From Tubulanus polymorphus (lineage: Eukaryota > Animalia > Nemertea), in the NCBI RefSeq assembly GCF_964204645.1, contig NC_134026.1:829950-893949 (forward strand): a DNA stretch of 64,000 nt, in the 5' to 3' direction. The notes below the pieces were generated by a model, which worked only from the letters and a program-made list of their open reading frames with translations, was not told where the DNA came from and did not search any database. Position 1 is the stretch's first letter. Each line of letters opens with the position of its first letter. A program made the position numbers and the translations under genes. This document shows positions 52,960 to 64,000 of the stretch, piece after piece.

Positions 52960-53741
52960 ATATTTAGGTTGTAACCATATTTGAATCATGTTTATGATTA
53001 ATTAATTCGTGCTTTGAAACATGAAGTAATATTGCGGTTCATGTGACGATTGATTCTGTGCTTGATCTATTATTAAACATACCCTGTATTTATTTGTCTC
53101 CTAAATGCATTTTGTATGAAAATAAATATGCATGGAACGGCAAGTCCGAAATGACTGCGCTTTGGAAAATGCTGATAAACCTTTAAATAAATGGTTTATT
53201 ACCTTGTGAATGTTGAATATATTACCCAGTAGTTATTGTGTTAATTTCTGCCGAACATCGAGGAGAAAGGAGAGAGGATCTCAAAAAGAGGATGTCATAT
53301 TCTTGTAGCTGGTGCCTATCATCGGGTTGAGTCTTGTGCTATTCGTTACAGTCTTAGCAGTAACTATGTGAAAATCTCAACATGATCGACAAAAATAGAT
53401 GCAGTCATTATGATAAAATCTATATTTGGTTTATATACATAACATAGATATATATCTACAATTATCGATAAATATTTACATCATAAATGTAATGTATGAG
53501 CATTCGCAGTAGAATTTGTCAAAATCATTGATTGACTGATAAGCATGGTTGCTATACAGCTGATCAGAGATGTGAAAGACTTATCATAGCTACCCGCCAA
53601 ATCATTTTGAGTATAGCTACTCATGTATTTACAACTAAGAGATCTTTAAATGCATAATACAATATAGAACACCTGGTAGAGTTTATACAAGCACATGCAC
53701 AATATACAATATCACATTGGATAAAGTATGCGAGGTTTCAT

Positions 53742-56700
53742 TCATGTAGATTCAACTGTGACGGATGGAAAAACAAAAACCTGAAATTGGAAAATATAGA
53801 TTCTATATCGAACTATAATACACATGAATAGTTCAAATATTGATTGAGAGTATACTCACTTGTTTAGATTTAGCCACCGCATTTTCGTCTGGTGCACTCA
53901 ATACTTCTACACCCATATATTCATCACAGTTCTCGCATTTAAACAATCGACAACAGCATTGAGTCATTTGAGACCAGTAACAGTTGTACAAACCTACAAT
54001 TAACATCGGAATAGATTCACAGAAGTTCATAGTGTCTCTTTATTGTTTAATCTGATGGTGTACTCATTAATGCTAAGGATCAATAAAGATCCATTCTATT
54101 CTATTCAAGTATAGTGGACTCAGCTTGCCTAGAAATATCACTGAAGTTGTTTCCGAGCCAAGTGAATTTCAGGACAGTCGGAGAGAAATGGATTGGAAAA
54201 AGACAATTCCTAAAATGTTGTCCGAGGCACGCGATATTGGTGGCAAGCGGGATCTACTGATTTTTAGGCACAACCAAGAAGATAACAGCAACATCAAAGA
54301 GGTTTTTCATCATCACCTGGTTGTAGAGTAGTAACTGAACTAATGCCGTTCAATGAACTGATCGAATCATAAACTGAAATATCATCTGCTGGATTCACTG
54401 CACGTTTTATAAAATCGTTCATCTCTGCGATAAATGGCAACTTTTCTGCTCGGATTTTAGCACCTGAAAATAGTATAATAAGAGTTTATAAATTTACAAA
54501 TTCAATTAGTGATACAGGGTTTGTTGCAATCAGACTGAGACAAAATGCAGCAGATTTTCCTGAATCCACGCACGAGATCCTGGTATTCTTAATGATTAAA
54601 ATGACGTAAAATAAGAAAATGCATTTGCAATCAAATTTAAAATCTACTTGGACAGAAACGACCCCTTCAAATTTTGACTATGTGAAATAAGTATCTGAAA
54701 CACAAAGACACAATTAAGACCACAGAATTTTACCAAAAAAGTAGCCAATAATCTAAATCTTTCCAAAAGTTTATGCTTTTCAGAATGTGTCTAATTTCAG
54801 ACTCACTACAAACCCTTGATAAACAATAAATACTTACCACATGAAGTTTTATTCAATACATTTCCGCAGAATTTACAAACTAATGATTTATTATAATCAT
54901 TATCGCGTTCATCAGACGAGTCTGTTGTATAATTAACACCTGATTTACCCCTTTTCACTTTTCCTCCTTTATTCGACCATTTTCGTTTTTTTCCACGTCT
55001 TGTATTTGATTTTGCCGCCGCTGCTGCGGGATCGACATCGATCTCTGAATTGATGATATTTTCTTTCTCCACTTCTTTATCATCGACGTTTGGCTCTTGT
55101 TCTATATTTTGACGATCGTCTTTATTCAACTCGATTTCCGCAAAATCCAGTTTCTTTTTCGTGTCGACTCGCGCGGCGGCGCCTCGCTCACTACTTTCAT
55201 TAGAATCTGATCCGAATAATAAGGGAGAATTAGGATAATTTCGCTCGACGGTTTTAATTGGTGATTGAGGTTTTGCCGGCGATACGAGGTCCACGAATTG
55301 GAAAATACCATCCTTTTTAGGGCCGATATCTGCGCATTGCGAACCAGATGTTTGTTCTGTGTTTCTACTATTCATCGGAATTGATGAATTTTCTAATTTC
55401 TGTACAGTTTTATTAACAGAATCATTGTTTGTAGTCGAATTCGAATTAGTCTCTAGCGACAGCGGCGGAGATTTCTTTTCGCTCGGTTTCATATCGACTT
55501 TAACAGTTCTGAAGTCGGGTGTTTTGTTGGCACTTGTCATTTCGGATAGGTTACCAAGTTTCGTAGTTGATCTGGGTAAGATACCGGCCGGACTGTTGTC
55601 TAACTGATTGAAATTGGATTTCTGCGGAGTGTATCCCAGTATTGAAGAGTTAGGAGAGAGTGATAATCTAAAAGTAAATGAAAATCGAACAAATGTTTAT
55701 AATCTTTTACATATTATAAGTATATAAATCATTCATTCAACAAATTATTCGGAAAGTTGCGACACCAATTGAATATTGATATCATGTGAAATTACTTACT
55801 CAACTTTCTTGCCCTCAGCGTCAGCCTTTCGTCGTTCAGCAGTGAATGACACAAGCGATGACTGAGCAGTTCCAAAATTTCTGTAGTGAGAAGCCTTCGT
55901 CCGAACCCATTTCGAAATTCCTGAAGTACAAACGTAATATAGAGTATGATATACATAATATCTACATAATATACATAATATAGAGTATGAAGAATACATT
56001 TGACTGTCGTATTGAATGAATGCAAATACCTTTCATGTATCTTTCTGGTTGATTTCCGAATCGAGTATCAACTAATATCAAAGCTCCCCAATCCATCCTG
56101 AATAGAAACTTATTCGTTTATCTCATTTTCCACAAATTTAAGTACAAAGTTTCATCGAGTATTTTACCTGTTTCGAATACATCGACCCAAAGCCTGGTTC
56201 AACGCACGGTAAGCTTGTATTTCATACCATTCATTTCCGGATAAAAGTCCTCGATATTGGTTTCTATTGTTGTACTCTTTCTTCAAGTTCACCTGAAGGA
56301 TTAAAAACAACAGATTCTATACACATCCACCTGTTATACATCATACCGTGGTACATGTTATTTGAAAAAACAAGCTGTCCGTACCTGAATATCTTTCACA
56401 TTGGGAAATGGAATTCCAATCTACAAAATAAATGTAACTGCACATTTTAACATTATCATTTTGTAGATTAGAGGAGTCATTAACACATCCACTTACGGTA
56501 ATAACTGCACGAGCATTATTATGAGCAAAATCAATGCCTTCGCTAATCTTTCCTCGACAAACAGCAAACATCAAAGCACCATTCGGTTTGACATCGTCAC
56601 CTATAGATCATATATGTTTACATTTCTGAATAAATGAATCTGAAAGGCTGCGGTTTATATTGAAAATGAATATGGAAATGTCTAGAAAAAGATTTTTCTT

Positions 56701-59700
56701 TTTTTAAACTATGATAAAAATCTGAGTGATCCTAACCTTGAGTTTCAGCCTGTTTAATAGACCAATAGTAATCACTTATCATTTCATCGAAATCCATTTT
56801 ATCCGATGCTCTCGGTTCACACATAACATTCTTCTGTTGTGATAACTGTACCCACAATCCTGTAGTCTATAGTACAGAGGTCATCAAACATTTACACAAC
56901 ATAGAATCTTTTATCAATTCTAATGTATTCCATACGGCAGATACAAACCTGCCATCGATTCGTCAGTTTCTCCAACATTTTATACGATGGTAGAAAACAA
57001 AGCACTCCAAACGGCATAATCTACAACATAAAAACATATCGGGCAATTATTGAGTTTATCTAATGTAAGGTGGTAAACTACTGAAGAATGCTGGAGCCAG
57101 TTGTTCTAAGGTTGGTTACCATCAGCTAATAACAATATCGTTTGAATTGTCCATCAGTTATCAGTTACTGATTCATTTGAACCAAACTTTGAGCAACTGA
57201 TCCCCAGAGTTTACTTCACCAATTCAATTTACCTTGCATATTTCTAATAGCAGAAGTCCTACTTCATCCTGATATGAGAATGTCTCTGTATTCTGATAAG
57301 TAGTTAATAATGATGTTCCGCGGGGACCCTGTGATATCGATCCAACCCAAACCTGATAGTAAAGCCACAAAATTAATCACCCAAAACCAACGAAGAAACT
57401 GAAAGGTGCATATTGTAAAATATCAAGAAACGTGTTACGGTACCTGTGAATTATGTATGACGTGAGATGCTTCGAGTTGTAATGGGAATGATAAACCAAG
57501 TTCAGATTGAAATGACTGCATCGGAGACAGAGTACCGCTAGTTAATATAATACTACGGGCAGACGCCAGATCAGAAAATGCCTGAAACACAGTAAACATT
57601 TCAAACACGATTCTTTGAAGAGATCGATATTAGTTTGAGGTTTTTGTACCTACCACTGCAGGGCTCAAACACCAGAAATTAAGAGTGAACGTGTGGGTCA
57701 CTTCATGATTATCTGAATACAGAAATACGTAACCATCCTATCAGTTTAAAAACAGGTTTACAAACTGTTGAATATTGTTTTTACTTACAGTTGTGGTTGC
57801 CTCTCCCCATCCATTGGTTATTCTGAAATTATTGAAAACCATTTCTCAGGATTGTCGTTGATAGGGCCTATACATTTTTCATAGTGCACCACCCCTTACA
57901 AGTTAAGCAGTCTGTTATCTGCTTGCTAGGCAATCTGTTACCTGCTAGACAGTCTGACATTAGCCTGCTAGCTTGGCGGTCTATCATTGCCTGCTAGCTA
58001 GACAGTCTATCGTTGCCTGCTAGCTAGACAGTCTATCATTGCCTGCTAGCTAGACAGTCTTGTGCCCACTGAAAGTCTACAATTGCCTGCTAGCTAGACA
58101 GTCTTGTGCCCACTAGAGAGTCTATCGTTGCCTGCTAGCTAGACAGTCTATCATTGCCTGCTAGCTAGACAGTCTTGTGCCCACTGAAAGTCTACAATTG
58201 CCTGCTAGCTAGACAGTCTTGTGCCCACTAGACAGTCTATCGTTGCCTGCTAGCTAGACAGTCTATCATTGCCTGCTAGCTAGACAGTCTTGTGCCCACT
58301 GAAAGTCTACAATTGCCTGCTAGCTAGACAGTCTTGTGCCCACTAGACAGTCTATCGTTGCCTGCTAGCTAGACAGTCTATCATTGCCTGCTAGCTAGGT
58401 GGTCTATCACTGCCTGCTAGCTAGAGTCTATCATTGCCTGCTAGCTAGGCGGTCTATCACTGCCTGCTAACTAGACAGTCTATCATTAGCCTGCTAGCTA
58501 GACAGTCCTGTGCCCCACTAGCTTGATAGTAAGCGAGTTACAACACAACACTTACCGTATTTCCTCGTGAATATGACGTCGTTCTTACAATCGCAATTCT
58601 GAAAACGATTTCAGAAAACGTCTTAAATTTGCATGAATTTTTCATCCAAACAAACGGAATATAAACTATTCACCTGTAATCCTCAATAAATCGTTTATTC
58701 TGTGTGTAAAGATATTTCAGAACGAGGAAAAAACCGTGCAGTATCTGTTGTGACGCTTGAGGAAATTTAGCTTTTTTCTTTTTCATCATTCTCGGTCTCC
58801 TTCTCGCCGGATGTTCCTCTTCATCTCCGTCATCTTCATCCCCGTTCTTTAAATCATCGCAGATTTTATTGAAGTGGGTCTGTTGAAAAGAGTAGGAGCC
58901 ACAAATTTCATCGGTTCAAGACCCAACAAACTAAACAATTAAATATTCAGTTTTCAGAGTTATAACTCACCACCAATATTTGCAGCGACTCCTCGTTAAT
59001 ATTAAAACTTTCGAGCACGGCAACCATTTCCCTCCCGGTCCAAATAGTCGACGATTGATCGAAACTTTTACGGTCCAATATTTGTCCTTTCTTATCGATG
59101 AAATTTGCCAATTTATTCAGCTTGAAAACAAATAAGATAAATTATAAACAAGAAATACTTGATAATGATAATTATTATGTTTAATGTTTATTCAGTTCTA
59201 TTCTACTCACCATTTCTATGATTGGCAAACAGTGTTCAGCATTTATATCTGCCTCAACTGAAAATGAGATACTCAGTTTTATAACACCAGAGTACCATAG
59301 ACTCATAGGCCGATAATGCACTTCCAGGAGAATCATTCTTCTCCGTAGACAATTTCTTCTTTTCTCAGAAACTTAGGAATTGACAGTTCAAACTAAGAAA
59401 TAAGACTAATTTCGATTTACCCAAAGTATTTAACTGTTCAGAAATGTTCTGTATATCGCTGAGAGTGATTTTAAAACTTGCAGCTTCTCGAGCGGCATCC
59501 TCAATATTGTGAGCTTCATCGAGAATAATCACCTGACCACCGAGTTCAAGTTGCATCTACAAATTTCAAATTACTATCTACAATCATTCAAATTCAACAT
59601 TAACCATTCAGAGATCAAGGAAAAACCAGAGTTTACAATCTATAGGTTTAGTAGAATGAATAAACTCACCGATTCTCTAATACTCGAGTCTATCAAGTAA

Positions 59701-61687
59701 TTGTAAGGACAAAATATAATTTCAGCTTGATCCTTTAATTGACGAGCTCCAAAAAATGGACACGCCTATCAATCAAAGAGTATATTATTACTGATTTATC
59801 AGAAAACATAGATTAAATAGAATATGAATTACTATATATACCTTCAACGTATGACAAACATCTATTAAATCTTCCAAATCCCAAGCCACTTGGAGACCAT
59901 GTCTACTGATGGTCGAGTGAGAAATCTTCTTGGCATTATCATTATAACAACACCCGCTATTCTGAAAATACACACAACATAAATACCCAATATCACAATA
60001 CAATCGTGTATTTTGTGTGCATAATATGTGCTTACTTCCAGTAGTTCGCGACAACCTTCATTTTTGTTTTTCTCTTTACTGACTCTAGGATGAATACAAC
60101 TGTGCTGTCTACTTGATAAAATTGTCATCCTGAAAATTCAGTGATTTCTCAGCAAAGACCAGTTCAGATATCTATATTGTTTTACGATGCTACAGTCAGC
60201 AGCGCCAAGGTTTAGACAAGTTTTTCTGCGATGTTTAAACCGACTAACCTTTTATGTCCATAATTGGTTCTGACTAATTCATTAGCGATCTGTTTGATTT
60301 GTCTGTGCGTTCGAGTCGCGTAATAAATAGTTGGCACGCTGTAAAAATTAAAAGTTTGTGAAACAAAATTCATCCACCACGCTAAAGTATCAGTCAGAAA
60401 CTCATACTTACTACGTTAAACTCTGTACATTACTCTGTTTAAAACTGTAACAAGTGCAAACATCATCTTCTTTAACTTTCTTCAAGTTTTCTTCGGTAGA
60501 TTTAGAATTTGAATCCTCGTATTGAATGGACACGTGTTCTCGATTGAGACTCTGAGATATGAAAGAAAAAATATTGCTAGAAAAGTCTGTTACAAGCATA
60601 ACTAAGTGTAATTGTAGAGAAATGAATAAATGGAATTTCAAGAAATCCAAACGAACCTGTCTGTTTGATGGTGTTTTAAATACAGTCGAAGCAGGTTTGA
60701 AATCTTTTAAATCGTCGTCTTCATCCGTTTGTCCAGTAGTAACTAAAATATCTTCTTTAGTTACTGAAAAATTAGTACATAAAACTCCTGAATGTTTATT
60801 CACAAATTGAAATCAAGTCAGGGTTCTTCCAGATCAGTCATTCCTGGATATAGGGGTTTTAAAGAAGAAAATTGTGAGGAAGTGTATGGGTCCACATCAC
60901 TTTTTTGATATCCCAATTACAGTAGACTCCTGTTGTTTATCTTGGTAAACCAGTATTTCGGTGTTTTTGTAAGCCAACTTACATTACAGCATTTAAGTAT
61001 AGATAATACCTGATTGTTTTTCAGTTGAACGAGGAGGTTCAGATGTTGAAGGCGCAGAATCTTCAAAACCTTGTTTTTTCTTCCGTTTTCCACACACCAA
61101 ACATTGTTTAGGTTCTAATACGACAAAGAGAGAATACATTTTTTGAAAAGTCTTTTCTAAATATTTTTTCAAAAAGCCAATGGATCACATTTACCCGTTG
61201 AATGATAATCATAGTCATCGTCTTCATCACAATTTTCCATCGCCAAAATTTCTTTTTCGCGTTTTGCTGGATGAAAAGTAATTATCACTTTAATCCACAC
61301 CTATCTGGGATATTAATCTAAATAGACTTAGGATTTTGCCTAAGCTTACCGGCCATAGAATCCTGCCATGCTAAAGATGAACAGAGTAAAGCCAAGCTTT
61401 TTCCAGTACCAGTAGGACTTTCTAGTAGACAGTTCACGCTATCCGACAAACCCTTCACAATCTGAATTATTTATAACCAAAAATGAGTAATTCAGCTCTT
61501 TCAACAGAATTTTCTATATGATAGGTCTTTGACTGTGTAGGATATAGACACTAATGGATAATGCCAATTTTACCTTTGCCATCATACCCATTTGGGACGG
61601 GTAGGGTTTCACCGGGAATTTTATATTGACTCCATGTACAGTTCTAGTGCAGCCTTCGAGACTTTCAGTACCACAAGTGCCACTCAT
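53742..61687 (-). CDS. BRIP1: Fanconi anemia group J Fe-S DNA helicase (BRIP1/FANCJ), multi-exon
   Basis: [14 protein letters not shown]; [21 protein letters not shown]; Fe-S cysteines (HSCIH, EGCRE, GCCY, ACPFF); [10 protein letters not shown]; [11 protein letters not shown]; [19 protein letters not shown]. Confidence 0.95.
57094..57203. mobile_element. Decayed MITE family B relative
   Basis: GAGCCAGTTGTTCTAAGGTTGGTT ... AACCAAACTTTGAGCAACTGATCC. Confidence 0.65.
57905..58525. repeat. Intronic minisatellite: 26-bp basic unit organised into a 115-bp higher-order repeat
   Basis: TTGCCTGCTAGCTAGACAGTC core; marker CTATCGTTGCC at 58007, 58122, 58237 and 58352. Confidence 0.93.
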
Positions 61688-62621
61688 TTTATTTTCACCT
61701 ATTTTTGGTCACTGTAGAAATGGGGGCTTGGAATATCTCTGAAAGCATGATTAAATACTTCATCATATTATTTTCGAGCAGTAATAGGGAACGGTTAAAT
61801 TGGGGATTCGAGCCTAATTTGTCTAGTTATGTACAAAAAAAGTTTGACAGATAACAACATTCTCACTCAATCAGTCTAAATTCAATCACTCAGTAACATC
61901 TAATTATTCAAATAGATTCTAATTACTTTCTATTTATTTGATATAACTGTGTCTAGGAAATATGGTACGACTTGAGGCCAGTAAAGTAATAAGAAGCCTA
62001 AAATCATGATGTAAATAGTTCAAATTGAGTTGCATATGAGCTATCCACGTTCCCCTCTCGACCCGTTACTCTCTCGACCCGTTCCCGTCTCGACCCTACC
62101 GTACGATAGCGCCACCACAGTCGATTATTTGAACCATAACACTTGCGCGTATCGGATTCGGTTTTCACAGAACGATCAGTGACACTTCCCAACAATTTTA
62201 GAACTTGATTAGATTCTTTAAACTTTTCATTGAAAGGATCGAATGAGGAAATCACCTCCAATGTGAATAAAAGTAAAAATTCAGGATGCGAAAAACAATT
62301 TCCCGTCGAAATTTCCTCCCAGAATCTGGGAACAATATATTCACTGTTTAAAAGCTTTACACTAATTTCAAATGAATTACACGAGTTGAATTATTTTGGT
62401 TTCTTAGAAATAAAATCAACTTTATTTAAATCCTTCAAACCATTTTTCTAAAAACGACCCAGCCCGCGGCATTTTAATTGGGACATGTTTCATTGTGCCA
62501 TTTATCAATTCAAATGTAATTCATCAAATTTATGAAAAAAAAATTATTGTATAAATTTTGCAAAAAAATAAAGATCTTGTTCAATTTTTTGACGCGTTGA
62601 TTTCTAGATCACGTTGTTCCC

Positions 62622-64000
62622 CACACCATGTTCCCGTCTCGACCCTTCAAATCTGGCTCTACTCTCTACACAGTCCCGTGGACCCTATGTTCCCGTCTCG
62701 ACCCTTCACATCTGTCTCCACTCTCTACACAGTCCTGTGGACCCTATGTTCCCGTCTCGACCCTTCAAATCTGTTTCCACTCTCTACACAGTCCCGTAGA
62801 CACCATGTTCCCGTCTCGACCCTTCAAAACTGTCTCTAGTCTCTACACAGTCCCGTAGACACCATGTTCCCGTCTCGACCCTTCTAACCTGTCTCTAGTC
62901 TCTACACAGTCCTGTGGACACCATGTTCCCGTCTCGACACTTCAAAACTGTCTCTACTCTCTACACAGTCCCGTGGACACCATGTTCCCGTCTCGACCCT
63001 TCAAAACTGTCTCTACTCTCTACACAGTCCCGTGGACACCATGTTCCCGTCTCGACCCTTCTAACCTGTCTCTAGTCTCTACACAGTCCCGTAGACACCA
63101 TGTTCCCGTCTCGACCCTTCACACCTGTCTCTACTCTCTACACAGTCCCGTGGACACTATGTTCCCGTCTCGACCCTTCACACCTGTCTCTACTCTCTAC
63201 ACAGTCCCGTAGACACCATGTTCCCGTCTCGACCCTTCAAAACTGTCTCTAGTCTCTACACAGTCCCGTAGACACCATGTTCCCGTCTCGACCCTTCACA
63301 CCTGTCTCTACTCTCTACACAGTCCCGTGGACACCATGTTCCCGTCTCGACCCTTTAAAACTGTCTCTAGTCTCTACACAGTCCTGTGGACACTATGTTC
63401 CCGTCTCGACCCTTCACACCTGTCTCTACTCTCTACACAGTCCCGTAGACACCATGTTCCCGTCTCGACCCTTTAAAACTGTCTCTAGTCTCTACACAGT
63501 CCTGTGGACACCATGTTCCCGTCTCGACCCTTCTAACCTGTCTCTACTCTCTACACAGTCCCGTAGACACCATGTTCCCGTCTCGACCCTTCACACCTGT
63601 CTCTACTCTCTACACAGTCCCGTGGACACCATGTTCCCGTCTCGACCCTTTAAAACTGTCTCTAGTCTCTACACAGTCATGTGGACACCATGTTCCCGTC
63701 TCGACCCTTCAAATCTGTCTCTACTCTCTACACAGTCCTGTGGACACCATGTTCCCGTCTCGACCCTTCAAAACTGTCTCTAGTCTCTACACAGTCCCGT
63801 AGACACCATGTTCCCGTCTCGACCCTTCAAAACTGTCTCTAGTCTCTACACAGTCCCGTAGACACCATGTTCCCGTCTCGACCCTTCACACCTGTCTCTA
63901 CTCTCTACACAGTCCCGTGGACACCATGTTCCCGTCTCGACCCTTTAAAACTGTCTCTAGTCTCTACACAGTCCCGTGGACACTATGTTCCCGTCTCGAC
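62622..64000. repeat. 59-bp satellite array, about 23 units, running off the window end
   Basis: Unit CCATGTTCCCGTCTCGACCCTTCAAAACTGTCTCTACTCTCTACACAGTCCCGTGGACA, with variation at a few fixed positions. Confidence 0.97.

Noticed and set aside
62004-62451. Short ORFs and E2F/CTCF-like motifs upstream of BRIP1
   Set aside because: The ORFs lack recognisable domains and the motif matches are partial.
62622-64000. Regular repeat array resembling CRISPR, and the repetitive ORFs within it
   Set aside because: No unique spacers, no cas genes, eukaryotic context; the ORFs are by-products of a 59-bp satellite.

Overview
Gene-dense, AT-rich animal (eukaryotic) genomic DNA with many short GT-AG introns. 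The gene content (NIT-domain guanylyl cyclase, ETH-receptor-like GPCR) suggests a marine invertebrate, probably a lophotrochozoan; this is inference. Ten protein genes were read: an intronless LRR gene (+), a two-TM NIT-domain guanylyl cyclase (+), MYBBP1A (-), a C2H2 zinc-finger gene with two alternative terminal finger exons (+), RIC1 (-), YIPF1/2 (+), an ETHR-like GPCR (-), an SLC22 transporter (+), LRRC47 (+) and BRIP1/FANCJ (-). Introns and spacers carry Harbinger-type and hAT-type MITEs, a tRNA-derived SINE, LINE remnants, a Penelope-like palindrome with a hammerhead-ribozyme core, a 115-bp higher-order minisatellite and a 59-bp satellite running off the right end. Best leads: (1) the NIT-GC has an sGC-alpha-like half active site, implying a heterodimer partner; (2) a lola-like swappable zinc-finger exon system without a BTB domain; (3) the hammerhead-bearing inverted insertion with a 13-bp TSD; (4) a SINE whose TSD duplicates a splice donor; (5) an extra CxxC..CxxC domain at the FANCJ C-terminus. 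Exon boundaries were read by eye and need RNA-seq confirmation.
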